The notes under the pieces are model-generated. The model made no database searches. It was given only the letters and a program-made list of their open reading frames with translations, and had not been told where the DNA came from. Positions 46,187-55,594 of a stretch of 64,000 nucleotides of DNA are shown piece after piece. Position numbers and translations under genes: made by a program. This stretch comes from a virus (lineage: Duplodnaviria; Caudoviricetes): the IMG/VR virus record IMGVR_UViG_3300036770_005357, one strand, 5' to 3'. Each line of letters begins with the position of its first letter. The first letter of the stretch is position 1.

Positions 46187-46420
46187 TTAATTTCCTCGAT
46201 TTTTGTATTCTTCTATATCAAGTAAGAAGTTACGAAATAATTGATAATCTTCAATATCTACTTGTGGTACTCCATCTAGCTTATAATCTTTAACATATTC
46301 CAAAAGCACACCAACATAATAGCCTGGAATGGTAATTGTTTTACCATCAAACTTAAGGTCATCGTGTTGAATGATGATAGGATTGTTTACTTTGTCTTTA
46401 ATGAATAGTTCGTGTTCCAT
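46187..46420 (-). CDS. Hypothetical protein
   Basis: 77-aa ORF. Confidence 0.6.
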   Translation of the reverse strand: MEHELFIKDKVNNPIIIQHDDLKFDGKTITIPGYYVGVLLEYVKDYKLDGVPQVDIEDYQLFRNFLLDIEEYKNRGN

Positions 46421-46455
46421 TACACGAATTTAAAACACAATTATAGATTTGTCAA

Positions 46456-46824
46456 CTATAAACTTTTTCCATATATAGCTAAATTTGGATTAGCATATCC
46501 AAACTTCTTAACTAATTGACCCGCTACAGCATTAGCTTCGTCTTCAATTTTACCACCAACATCAGGCACGGGTTGATTTAATTCACCTCTTTGATTTTGT
46601 AAATGATGAATCAGTTCATGTGCTACACTTCTCAATACATCTGCCAATCCTCTATCTTTACAATATACTTTTATTAATCCACTACTAGGATCATAATAAG
46701 CATATGTCCTTAAATCTTCGCTACGATTAGTTACCAACTGCACTTTAAATGGAGTTTCTAAGTTCAACTCGTCTCTTAAGAACTTAATAAACTTAAATAA
46801 AGCATATTTACTTAATTTATCCAT
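46456..46824 (-). CDS. Putative HExxH zincin-like metallopeptidase
   Basis: LRSVAHELIHHLQ...EDEANA. Confidence 0.75.
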   Translation of the reverse strand: MDKLSKYALFKFIKFLRDELNLETPFKVQLVTNRSEDLRTYAYYDPSSGLIKVYCKDRGLADVLRSVAHELIHHLQNQRGELNQPVPDVGGKIEDEANAVAGQLVKKFGYANPNLAIYGKSL

Positions 46825-46825
46825 A

Positions 46826-47188
46826 TTAGTCTAATGTTAATAAATATTTAAGTTTATTCAACTGAGCTAACATTTCATCACGAAGATTTAATAAATCGGT
46901 ATCTTTTTCAGTATCTAAACCCTTAGGCACTTCATTTATTAAATAATCAATATATTTGTCAACAAAATCTACAGTTCCTAAATCCTCATAGTTGGATAAT
47001 TCAATTTTGAATCCACTTTCACTTTTTACTCTACCATATTTACCCATTAAAACTTCAATAAACTCATCAATTAAACCGGTAAATTCGTCGTATGTAGAAC
47101 CAAGTGCTTGATGTTCGGCATAACTCTTGGTTTGCCAGTGATGTACTTTGAGTTGATTGTGTAAAGTAAGTAAATTGGTGACTATCAT
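46826..47188 (-). CDS. Ferritin/Dps-like four-helix protein
   Basis: HNQLKVHHWQT..YAEHQAL...YD...D..IE ferroxidase-like pattern. Confidence 0.75.
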   Translation of the reverse strand: MIVTNLLTLHNQLKVHHWQTKSYAEHQALGSTYDEFTGLIDEFIEVLMGKYGRVKSESGFKIELSNYEDLGTVDFVDKYIDYLINEVPKGLDTEKDTDLLNLRDEMLAQLNKLKYLLTLD

Positions 47189-47246
47189 ATCTTATAAATA
47201 TAAATATAATTAAAAAAGAGTATGTATATATCTATATATTGATCCG

Positions 47247-47582
47247 ATGAAATGTGTCCTACATACAGTATTTAATGACGATTTAAACACTTTATTTAAA
47301 AATAAAAGTTTTTTTGAATTTGAAATAAAGCATTTTTTGACAACAAATTATAAAAATATCAATGAAAACGTATTTAAACAGTTTGAACAAATTTTTTATT
47401 TTAAAAATAAAGACGATTTTAAAAATCAAATTAAAAATATAATACTTTATTTCAATACATTTGGATATGATGAAATATATGTTTCCAAAACTAGTATAAT
47501 TAATCCTGACCAAATTGTTTTTGTTAGAACGGATGATTTACTTAAACATTTTACCGTTATAAACAATATCGTTAACATTTAA
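47247..47582 (+). CDS. Hypothetical protein
   Basis: 111-aa ORF on the opposite strand. Confidence 0.5.
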   Translation: MKCVLHTVFNDDLNTLFKNKSFFEFEIKHFLTTNYKNINENVFKQFEQIFYFKNKDDFKNQIKNIILYFNTFGYDEIYVSKTSIINPDQIVFVRTDDLLKHFTVINNIVNI

Positions 47583-48560
47583 ATTTTTAAACGATTTAAT
47601 TATTTTATTATTTAGTACAACAAATGTTTTATTGATTAAACTCGGATCAACTTCAATTACTGTCCAACAACTCGGATAAATTAAGTTTTGTGTGTATAAA
47701 TTATCATCTACATAAACTTTTATATCGACAGATTCTTTTAATCCTATTGTATGGTAATAAAATATAAATTTTTGATTTATTTCGCTATGAATAAAATTAC
47801 ATCGAAATTCATCGTCAACATTATTATATGAATATACAATATTTAAAGTAGATTTATTAAATATATCCGATGGATTTTTTATTTCACTTATTTTGATTTT
47901 TTCAGACTTATATTTCGTTACTAAATTCAAAAAGGTTCTTTCTAGGAAATGTAAATTGGTATCAGGATCTTTTGTAAATTCATTTACAGTGTATGGAAAG
48001 TTTTTAAAAATTTTCCAGCATTCTTCATTTAAATTACCGAAATGAAAGTATGTACAATAAACATTACTACTTTCTTGATTTGGAATACTATTAAATGTAA
48101 ATAAAATTAAATCATTGTGATTTAATTCATCAAAAAAAGAATTTAATTTTAATAAATCATCATCATCAAATAAATGATCGTCTTCACAATAAAAATATTT
48201 ATCATACGATAAAGATTTAGCGGTACCAATCAAAGTTTTTATATTTCTGATTAACGATGGAAAATGTGTATCTTGGAAAAAAACTACATTGTGATAACTA
48301 TTATTGTCATAAAAAAAATAACCTAATCCGTTTGTGTTTTTATAATAAGTGGCGTATTCTTTTTTAGAACAACGATTTTCATTGTAATCATGTATAACAA
48401 GTTTTGATTTTTCATAAATGTATTCCGGTAAACAATCAGTCGTTGTTAATGTAATTATATCACAACCTAATTTTTCCAACTGCTTAAAATTATCCAAACA
48501 CATTTTTATTCTAGAAAACGAATTTGGACTTGTAAGAAATAAAACAACTTTTTTTTCCAT
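47538..48560 (-). CDS. Hypothetical protein, possibly glycosyltransferase-related
   Basis: 340 aa; YFYCEDD DxD-like motif only. Confidence 0.55.
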   Translation of the reverse strand: MEKKVVLFLTSPNSFSRIKMCLDNFKQLEKLGCDIITLTTTDCLPEYIYEKSKLVIHDYNENRCSKKEYATYYKNTNGLGYFFYDNNSYHNVVFFQDTHFPSLIRNIKTLIGTAKSLSYDKYFYCEDDHLFDDDDLLKLNSFFDELNHNDLILFTFNSIPNQESSNVYCTYFHFGNLNEECWKIFKNFPYTVNEFTKDPDTNLHFLERTFLNLVTKYKSEKIKISEIKNPSDIFNKSTLNIVYSYNNVDDEFRCNFIHSEINQKFIFYYHTIGLKESVDIKVYVDDNLYTQNLIYPSCWTVIEVDPSLINKTFVVLNNKIIKSFKNLNVNDIVYNGKMFK

Positions 48561-48562
48561 AA

Positions 48563-48793
48563 TTAAGTTACAACCTCAACTTTACATTTATGTTTTGTAA
48601 AGAAACCTTCATCTATTAAATACTTAATAACTAAATCACAGTTTTCCTTAAATTCGGAAAACTCAATATCAACAGGTTTCCAAATTCTAATCGTGTTATT
48701 ATCTTTGATTAGAAATTTTATTCCACGAACCATACCTGTCTTGTTAATGTGATTCATATCTATAAATATTATTTGGATTTTAATAAAAGTCAA
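48563..48793 (-). CDS. Hypothetical protein
   Basis: Short ORF; start uncertain. Confidence 0.5.
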   Translation of the reverse strand: MTFIKIQIIFIDMNHINKTGMVRGIKFLIKDNNTIRIWKPVDIEFSEFKENCDLVIKYLIDEGFFTKHKCKVEVVT

Positions 48794-48843
48794 ATGTGTT
48801 AATTTAACTTGATTATTTTTTCTTAACCGGTTAATTTTATTAT

Positions 48844-49350
48844 ATGATTACTAATATTGGATGGAACGAATGGTTTATGCAAGGTGTATATTGGGTCGCT
48901 AGCAAAAGCAAAGATCCAAAAACTCGTATCGGTGCTATACTAGTAAAAGATAACAGAATCATTTCTACAGGTTACAATGGACTACCACAAGGTGTTTTAG
49001 ATAAGCCAGATCGTCTAGAAAGACCACTCAAATATCTTTTTATATCCCACGCTGAACGAAACGCTCTTTATTCCGCAGCTAAATATGGAATTGTTACAGA
49101 AGATAGCGTTTTATATACAAATGCGCTTCCTTGTACAGACTGTATGAAAGGTGTAATTCAATCTGGTATAAAATGTATTTATATTCACAAGCAGTTTGAA
49201 GATGCTTGTGGTAAAATCACAAGACCTGAGTGGGAAAAACATAAAAATGTTTCGCTACAAATGTGTAAAGAAGCGGACATTCAATTACACGAAATCAATA
49301 TTAAACTAAATATAGAAACATTATTGGACGGAGAGGTTATAACAGTATGA
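48844..49350 (+). CDS. dCMP deaminase
   Basis: SKDPKT, TGYNGLP, HAERNA and PCTDC motifs. Confidence 0.9.
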   Translation: MITNIGWNEWFMQGVYWVASKSKDPKTRIGAILVKDNRIISTGYNGLPQGVLDKPDRLERPLKYLFISHAERNALYSAAKYGIVTEDSVLYTNALPCTDCMKGVIQSGIKCIYIHKQFEDACGKITRPEWEKHKNVSLQMCKEADIQLHEINIKLNIETLLDGEVITV

Positions 49351-49853
49351 ATCCTAAATTAGAAAATTATCTTAAAACTAAATTCCCGAAACTTTATACC
49401 GAATGTGGTGAACAAACGACATTTACTTTAGTTGGATTTGAATGTGATGATGGATGGTTTAGACTTATACTTTGGTTGAGTCGTTATTTACAAAGTTATA
49501 TAGATCAACAAAATGAATGGGCAGCTAAATATCCAGATCAATATCTACCTGTAAAACAAATCAAAGTATTACAAGTTAAGGAGAAATTTGCTACACTTAG
49601 ATTTTATGTTGCTGGTGGCAATGAACGAACCGAAGCAATTATTTCTTTTGCTCAATATATGTCCGGATTTATATGTGAATCCACAGGTAAAACAAATAAT
49701 GTAGCCGTCAATAAAAAAGGATGGTATAAGACACAACATATTGATAATACCAAAAATCCTAAGAATTATAACTTCGTCGATGACGAGGAACTTAGAAAAC
49801 TTTTGTGGGAAATGAAAGAAGAAAATTCAAATCAAACCTACTTTGATTTATAA
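49347..49853 (+). CDS. Hypothetical protein
   Basis: 168 aa; ECDDGW and QVKEKFATLRFY motifs. Confidence 0.75.
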   Translation: MNPKLENYLKTKFPKLYTECGEQTTFTLVGFECDDGWFRLILWLSRYLQSYIDQQNEWAAKYPDQYLPVKQIKVLQVKEKFATLRFYVAGGNERTEAIISFAQYMSGFICESTGKTNNVAVNKKGWYKTQHIDNTKNPKNYNFVDDEELRKLLWEMKEENSNQTYFDL

Positions 49854-49861
49854 TTATAGGC

Positions 49862-50464
49862 ATGGCGAAAAAAATACTATTAACCGCTGATGTTGATGAT
49901 GTTGAATCAAGTAGTGATAAACCAAAACAGATATCTACAATTAATAGTAATGAGATTTATTTTTATAACGATGTAAATACCGAATCATGCGTACTATTAA
50001 ATAAATCTATAACCGATCTTGGTAAACAATTACAAATAATTAAAATAACATTTGATTTAGATGAACCGCCGCCTATTAAATTATACATAAACAGTGATGG
50101 TGGAGAAGTATTTGGAGCACTATCAGTAGTAGATAGAATCAAACAGTCCGATGTACCTGTTCATTCATATGTAGAAGGTTTAGTTGCTTCAGCCGCTACA
50201 TTAATAAGTGTAAGTTGTCATAAACGATATATTAGAAAAAATAGTATTATATTGATACATCAAATAAGAAGTTGGTTTGGCGGTACCCACGAAAACTTCA
50301 AAGATGAAGCGCATAACTTAGATGTATTATCAAATATAATAAAACAAATTTACCTTAAAAATACTAAGTTTACGGAACAAGAATTAACTAAGCTACTTAA
50401 ACGAGATATATATTTGAGTGCAGAAGAAGCAGTCAAGTACGGCCTCGCCGACAAAATCGTCTAG
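49862..50464 (+). CDS. clpP: ClpP-like serine protease
   Basis: LYINSDGG, VASAAT (catalytic Ser), IHQ and RDIYLSAEEAVKYGLAD. Confidence 0.85.
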   Translation: MAKKILLTADVDDVESSSDKPKQISTINSNEIYFYNDVNTESCVLLNKSITDLGKQLQIIKITFDLDEPPPIKLYINSDGGEVFGALSVVDRIKQSDVPVHSYVEGLVASAATLISVSCHKRYIRKNSIILIHQIRSWFGGTHENFKDEAHNLDVLSNIIKQIYLKNTKFTEQELTKLLKRDIYLSAEEAVKYGLADKIV

Positions 50465-50786
50465 AGTTAAAGAAGGTTATATATACATAATCAGTAATAG
50501 TAACTTTAACGGTTACTACAAGATAGGCGTTACTCAAGATATAAATGCAAGATTAAGAACCTATCAGACATCATCTCCATTCAGAGACTATAAAGTAGAA
50601 TATTATATACATCATCCAGACTGTTATAAAGCAGAGAAACAAATTCAAGAAAAAATGCATTATTTTGCAACTGATCGTAAAAAAGAGTGGTTTAGGTGTT
50701 CATTGGAACTTATAAAAAATAGACTTGATGAGAGTTTGGAACCGGAAGAAAAAATACCCTTGACTTTTATAAAAAGCACGGTATAG
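50418..50786 (+). CDS. T5orf172/GIY-YIG-like domain protein
   Basis: GYIYII...YKIGVT....RL..YQT...AE...EWF; start uncertain. Confidence 0.8.
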   Translation: MQKKQSSTASPTKSSRVKEGYIYIISNSNFNGYYKIGVTQDINARLRTYQTSSPFRDYKVEYYIHHPDCYKAEKQIQEKMHYFATDRKKEWFRCSLELIKNRLDESLEPEEKIPLTFIKSTV

Positions 50787-50787
50787 T
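50760..50787 (+). promoter_or_regulatory. Sigma70-type promoter
   Basis: TTGACT-N16-TATAGT. Confidence 0.7.
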
Positions 50788-50800
50788 TATTGTATAAGTT

Positions 50801-51442
50801 ATGAATACAGTTGCAAATAAACTTATTTGTTTAAATTTGAACGCTCAATGGCAACCAGTTGGTTTTAAGACCGTAAAGGATGCGATTATTGCACTTTGTG
50901 CGTCTGATGCTGACGGTAAAGACAATTCATTGGCACTAGATATAGACTATAATATTCTAGACAATGGTGAACCAGATTTGTCTGAACCAAAGGCTATGAC
51001 TCCGGTGTCTTGGAATGATTGGTTAAGTCTACCTATTCGTAGTTGGGACTTGACTATTAGTTCACCCTCTATGACTATTAGGGTACCTACAGTTATTATT
51101 TCAGCTAACTTCTCTAAGATGCCCGTCAAACATTTCAAGGGTAAGCCTAGTAAAGACGCTATCTATAACCGTGATAAAGGTACTTGTCAATATACAGGTA
51201 AGAAGATTGACCGAAACCATGCTACAGTTGACCATGTAATACCTCGTAGCAGAGGTGGTGAAGATAGTTGGACTAATCTTGTGTTGTGTTCCAAAGACAT
51301 CAATACAAAGAAGGGTAACAAGCTAAATTCCGAGATTGGTTTACAACTATTGAAGAATCCGTTAGCTCCACAACCAGTACCAGTATATTCACTGATTCGG
51401 GAAGCGAAACATGTTGATTGGAAACATTTTTTGATTAGTTAA
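50801..51442 (+). CDS. HNH endonuclease
   Basis: RDKGTCQYTG...TVDHVIPRSRGGEDSWTNLVLC...N..K. Confidence 0.9.
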   Translation: MNTVANKLICLNLNAQWQPVGFKTVKDAIIALCASDADGKDNSLALDIDYNILDNGEPDLSEPKAMTPVSWNDWLSLPIRSWDLTISSPSMTIRVPTVIISANFSKMPVKHFKGKPSKDAIYNRDKGTCQYTGKKIDRNHATVDHVIPRSRGGEDSWTNLVLCSKDINTKKGNKLNSEIGLQLLKNPLAPQPVPVYSLIREAKHVDWKHFLIS

Positions 51443-51469
51443 ACTTTTTTAGAAAAATTTTTCAAGCGC

Positions 51470-51504
51470 AAGATATATAATCTATTAGATTGTATATCTT
51501 TTTT
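51470..51504 (+). terminator. Rho-independent terminator
   Basis: aagatata-taatct/agattg-tatatctt stem plus T-run. Confidence 0.7.
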
Positions 51505-51514
51505 GTTTTTATTT

Positions 51515-51679
51515 ATGAAAAAACCACGCAATATCACCATCAATGTCAATGACGAAGAGTTAGTCTTAAATGAGGCACAAATCAAATTCTATCAACAAGA
51601 AACTAAAAAAACAAAAGTTGAAAAGAACGGATTACAAAAGTTCTTCGCTAATTTAATTAAGATGTTTAAAAATGAATGA
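51515..51679 (+). CDS. Small hypothetical protein (54 aa)
   Basis: MKKPRNITINVNDEEL...; fills the intergenic gap. Confidence 0.5.
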   Translation: MKKPRNITINVNDEELVLNEAQIKFYQQETKKTKVEKNGLQKFFANLIKMFKNE

Positions 51680-51694
51680 TCATATTTATTATAA

Positions 51695-52282
51695 ATGGAT
51701 CATTTTGAAAAATATATAACCGAAGCATATCAAGGCGGATTAAGAGCTTGGTTTGGTAAAGGTGGTTTAGGCAGTTCAAGCGGTGGTGGTTGGGATAGAT
51801 ATGATAGTAGTGGTAAAAAGGCTGGTAAATGTGGAGATGCTAAAAAAGGTGCAAGTTATAGTGCTTGTTTGGGTAAGAAGTTTGCTGCTAGATTGAGAGC
51901 TAAAGGTGGTAAGAAAGCTATTGCTAATTGGGTAAGAAGAAAAAAAGCTGCTCAAAGATCGGCAGGTAGAGGTGAAAAAGGAAGTGGTGGTAAAGGTAAA
52001 GCTCCTGTAAGAGTAAGTTATAAAGAAGCTTTAAGCGAAGTTTTTGTAATCAATCATAAACAACAATTAAAGGATGATTTAATACAGTTTTTAAAACAAG
52101 AGTTTAATAAAGGCGAATTAAAACCAATACATTTAGGTTTAAGTACAACTGAATTTAAACCAGACGATTGGATTCCAGATATCGCTGATAATATAGTAAA
52201 TAGATTAATACAATATTTTGATACAATCCGGGGTCAAACAGAAAGAAATCTAAAATCAAGTATTCCTTTAGCTAAGGATTAA
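51695..52282 (+). CDS. Basic Gly/Lys-rich phage protein
   Basis: GGLRAWFGKGG...GGWDRY...GKCG motif. Confidence 0.7.
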   Translation: MDHFEKYITEAYQGGLRAWFGKGGLGSSSGGGWDRYDSSGKKAGKCGDAKKGASYSACLGKKFAARLRAKGGKKAIANWVRRKKAAQRSAGRGEKGSGGKGKAPVRVSYKEALSEVFVINHKQQLKDDLIQFLKQEFNKGELKPIHLGLSTTEFKPDDWIPDIADNIVNRLIQYFDTIRGQTERNLKSSIPLAKD

Positions 52283-52341
52283 CGATAATATAATATTAAA
52301 ACTGGTTGATAATAGAATAGTTATATAGTAGAATAATTTTT

Positions 52342-52641
52342 ATGAAATACTATATAGATGATACCACAATAAAACAAGTTGTTTATTTTAGCGATATTAA
52401 TGATGTTTTAATATATCTTGAACAACTTTGTAAAAAGAAGTTTAAACAAAATCGTAAAGATTGGATGTTTGAAATGCAAACTCTCGGTCATGGTTTTGAT
52501 GATGCACAAGGAGTTTACTTTACCGAACTGATGAGCGGTTATTTTAATATTGGTGTATTAAGAGATGATGGTCGTCATGTAAAAACCAACATACATGAAT
52601 TACAAAGGAATTTAAAGTATAGAAACGAAATGGGTGACTAG
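52342..52641 (+). CDS. Hypothetical protein
   Basis: 99-aa ORF. Confidence 0.7.
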   Translation: MKYYIDDTTIKQVVYFSDINDVLIYLEQLCKKKFKQNRKDWMFEMQTLGHGFDDAQGVYFTELMSGYFNIGVLRDDGRHVKTNIHELQRNLKYRNEMGD

Positions 52642-52644
52642 TCT

Positions 52645-55269
52645 ATGCTTAATTTGAACATACAGTGGTCTGATCCAGTTCAAATTGAAAAAAACGGAGA
52701 AGTTCTCTTTCAGAGAAGTTGGGTTATACCGCCAGAATATCTTAATCAGTTCTTTACTTATTGGAAAGTCAATAAGTTTGCTTTAAAAGAAAGAGGTTAT
52801 GGTGTAACTAAACTGGTTGATAAATGGATTCTTACAGAAGTTAAAGATAACCCTACTTTCTTTAAAGATCCTAAGAAGACGAAAGAAACCGTTGACGAAA
52901 AATTACCGTTATATGAAGTGAAGAATCCAAATGGCCTACGTCCATGGCAAGTTGATGCTGTAAGCAAAATAGTAGCATCAATAAATAAATGGGGCGCTGC
53001 TGTGGACGGTAGTGATGTAGGCATTGGCAAATGTCATTCAAAAGGAACGAAAATTAGAATGTATGATGGATCGTTAAAAAATGTTGAAGATATAATAGTT
53101 GGTGATCTATTAATGGGAGATGATTCTTCACCCAGAACAGTTTTATCATTAGCTAACGGAATTGATCAAATGTACGAAATTGTCCCAACAAATGGTGGAA
53201 TTTCGTGGGGATGTAATAGCGAACACATATTAGTTTTAAACTATACATCTAGAAAACAAACAATTGAAATTTCTGTAAAAGATTTTCTTACAAAATATAA
53301 AACTAATCGCCATAATTGGACTTTAAAACGGGTTGTTGTAAACTATCCATATAAAAAAGTTAATATTGATCCATATCTAATGGGATTATGGATTGGAGAT
53401 GGAACTTGGAATTCATTATCAATTACTACACATAAAAAAGATACTTCCATAATTAACTATTTATACAATTTTGAAAACCAAGTAGATTTAAATGTACGGA
53501 TTTATAAATCTAAAAACCGTGAGTTATCAAACTGTAATACATATTACTTAAGAAGTAATATTATTGGTAAAAATATTTTATGGAATGAATTTAAAAAATA
53601 TGGCTTCGGTAAAAATAAAGAAAAATTTATACCCAAAGAATTTTTGATAAATGATATTAATACTCGCAAATCAATTTTAGCCGGTCTTATAGATTCGGAT
53701 GGTTGGAAAGATTCAAATGGTTGTTATGGTATTATAACCAAATGGGAAAAGTTGAGAAATGACATAGTTGAACTGTCTCGTTCACTTGGATATAAAGTTT
53801 CAATACATGATAAAGTATCAAAAAACAATAATTTTGGTATAAACGGAAATGTTTATTATAAAATTCAAATATCAGGCGCACATGATTTACCAATATTACT
53901 TGATCGGAAAAAATCATCGTCTAGAAAACAAAAAAAATCAGTGTTATCAAGTGGTTTTAAGATTATTCCAAAAGGCATCGGAGAGTATTTTGGTTTTACA
54001 TTAGACAACAATCATAGATATCTTTTAGAAGATTTCACCGTTACACATAATACATACACAGCGACTGCTGTTGCCAGAGAACTAGATATGGACATTATGG
54101 TTGTATGTCCAAAAGCAGTCATGGAAAGTTGGAAAAGAGTTATAAAAAACCATTTCAAATATTGGGGTAAATGTATTGGTATTGTTAACTATGAATCTCT
54201 TCGTATAGGTAGAACAGATAGTATGTTTGCATCTATTGTTAAAAGAAGAGATACCCGTCGTAAAGAATTTGTGTGGAAAGTACCCAAGAATACATTAATT
54301 GTATGGGATGAAGCACAAAAGTTGAAGAATGCTAAAACCAAGAATAGTGAAATGTGTATGGCTGCTTTAAAAGCTGGATATAAGATGTTATTCTGTTCGG
54401 CTACTATGGCAACCAATCCACTAGAACTAAAGACGGTAGGTCAATGTATTCAATTGTTTAAAACCAATAAACAATACTATGATTGGGCATATGCACACGG
54501 TGTTGTGAGAGGTAGATTTGGTATGGAATTTACAGGTGATCGTAAAGCACTTGCTAAATTAAATAATGATATATTCAACAATAGAGGTGTAAGACTTAAA
54601 CGAGATAAAATTCCTAACTTTCCAGAAAGTCAAATTATAGCGGAATGTTATGAAATGGAAAAAGAAGATCAAGATAAGATTAACTCTGCTTATGATGAGA
54701 TGAGACTTGAACTTCTTAAGATTGAGAAATTAGCTAAAAAAGATCAAAAGACATCCGAATTAACCGCTATATTGCGCGCACGCCAGAAAGTTGAGATTGT
54801 TAAGGTGCCATTGTTTGTGGAAATGGTAGAAGAAGGTTTAGAGAATGGAATGAGCGTTGTTGTATTCTGTAATTTTACCGAAACAATTAAAGCGTTGTCT
54901 CAAAGATTAAACACACAATGTATTGTTAACGGTGAAATAAAAGATAAAGTAAGACAACAAAACATAGATGATTTTCAGATGGATAGACAACGAGTTATCC
55001 TAATAAATCTAGCAGCGGGTGGTGCTGGATTGAACTTACACGATATAACTGGTAAACATCCAAGGTTGGCATTGATTAGTCCTTCATATTCAGCAGTAAA
55101 TATGCGTCAGGCTACTGGTAGAGTATGGCGTGATAGTGCTAAGAGTAAGAGTCTTCAAAAAATAGTATTTGTTGCAAATACAGTTGAAGAAAAAGTATGT
55201 GATAGCGTCAATCAAAAACTAGCTAATTTGGATTTGCTTAACGATGGAGATATGAATTATGCCAAATAA
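52645..55269 (+). CDS. Superfamily 2 (SNF2-like) helicase/ATPase with intein
   Basis: LRPWQ Q-motif; GIGK|T Walker A split by an intein; WDEAQ, SAT and QATGRVWR motifs. Confidence 0.9.
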   Translation: MLNLNIQWSDPVQIEKNGEVLFQRSWVIPPEYLNQFFTYWKVNKFALKERGYGVTKLVDKWILTEVKDNPTFFKDPKKTKETVDEKLPLYEVKNPNGLRPWQVDAVSKIVASINKWGAAVDGSDVGIGKCHSKGTKIRMYDGSLKNVEDIIVGDLLMGDDSSPRTVLSLANGIDQMYEIVPTNGGISWGCNSEHILVLNYTSRKQTIEISVKDFLTKYKTNRHNWTLKRVVVNYPYKKVNIDPYLMGLWIGDGTWNSLSITTHKKDTSIINYLYNFENQVDLNVRIYKSKNRELSNCNTYYLRSNIIGKNILWNEFKKYGFGKNKEKFIPKEFLINDINTRKSILAGLIDSDGWKDSNGCYGIITKWEKLRNDIVELSRSLGYKVSIHDKVSKNNNFGINGNVYYKIQISGAHDLPILLDRKKSSSRKQKKSVLSSGFKIIPKGIGEYFGFTLDNNHRYLLEDFTVTHNTYTATAVARELDMDIMVVCPKAVMESWKRVIKNHFKYWGKCIGIVNYESLRIGRTDSMFASIVKRRDTRRKEFVWKVPKNTLIVWDEAQKLKNAKTKNSEMCMAALKAGYKMLFCSATMATNPLELKTVGQCIQLFKTNKQYYDWAYAHGVVRGRFGMEFTGDRKALAKLNNDIFNNRGVRLKRDKIPNFPESQIIAECYEMEKEDQDKINSAYDEMRLELLKIEKLAKKDQKTSELTAILRARQKVEIVKVPLFVEMVEEGLENGMSVVVFCNFTETIKALSQRLNTQCIVNGEIKDKVRQQNIDDFQMDRQRVILINLAAGGAGLNLHDITGKHPRLALISPSYSAVNMRQATGRVWRDSAKSKSLQKIVFVANTVEEKVCDSVNQKLANLDLLNDGDMNYAK
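53032..54051 (+). mobile_element. Intein (340 aa) with LAGLIDADG homing endonuclease
   Basis: Begins CHSKGT, ends VTHN, +1 residue Thr; internal LMGLWIGDG and LAGLIDSDG motifs. Confidence 0.93.
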
Positions 55270-55594
55270 AACTAATTATAATGTAAAAACGGCCGGTTGG
55301 ACTATGGATGTGTATGTGGATGAAGATATATTTGACGATCCGCATGTAGAAGCTTGTACAGTCAGTATTGAAAGTAAAATACTGGGACTTGAAGAAGGTA
55401 ATGACTTCTTGGTAAATCCAGTTATGTTGGTAAGATCACTGAAAAGAAAGAATGCTAAAACTAAGATTATAAATACATATAAGGTATTATTAAATGCTGG
55501 TTTACCCAAACGAGCTGAAATGTTACGACGAGTATTTTACATGAGTACACAAGTAGATTTAGCACACGAACCACTATCAGCATCTAAGATATAA
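55259..55594 (+). CDS. Hypothetical protein
   Basis: 111-aa ORF. Confidence 0.7.
   Translation: MPNKTNYNVKTAGWTMDVYVDEDIFDDPHVEACTVSIESKILGLEEGNDFLVNPVMLVRSLKRKNAKTKIINTYKVLLNAGLPKRAEMLRRVFYMSTQVDLAHEPLSASKI

Noticed and set aside
48844-49350. TadA-like tRNA deaminase to make I34 on tRNA-Gly(ACC)
   Set aside because: SKDP and TGYNG motifs are those of dCMP deaminases rather than TadA.
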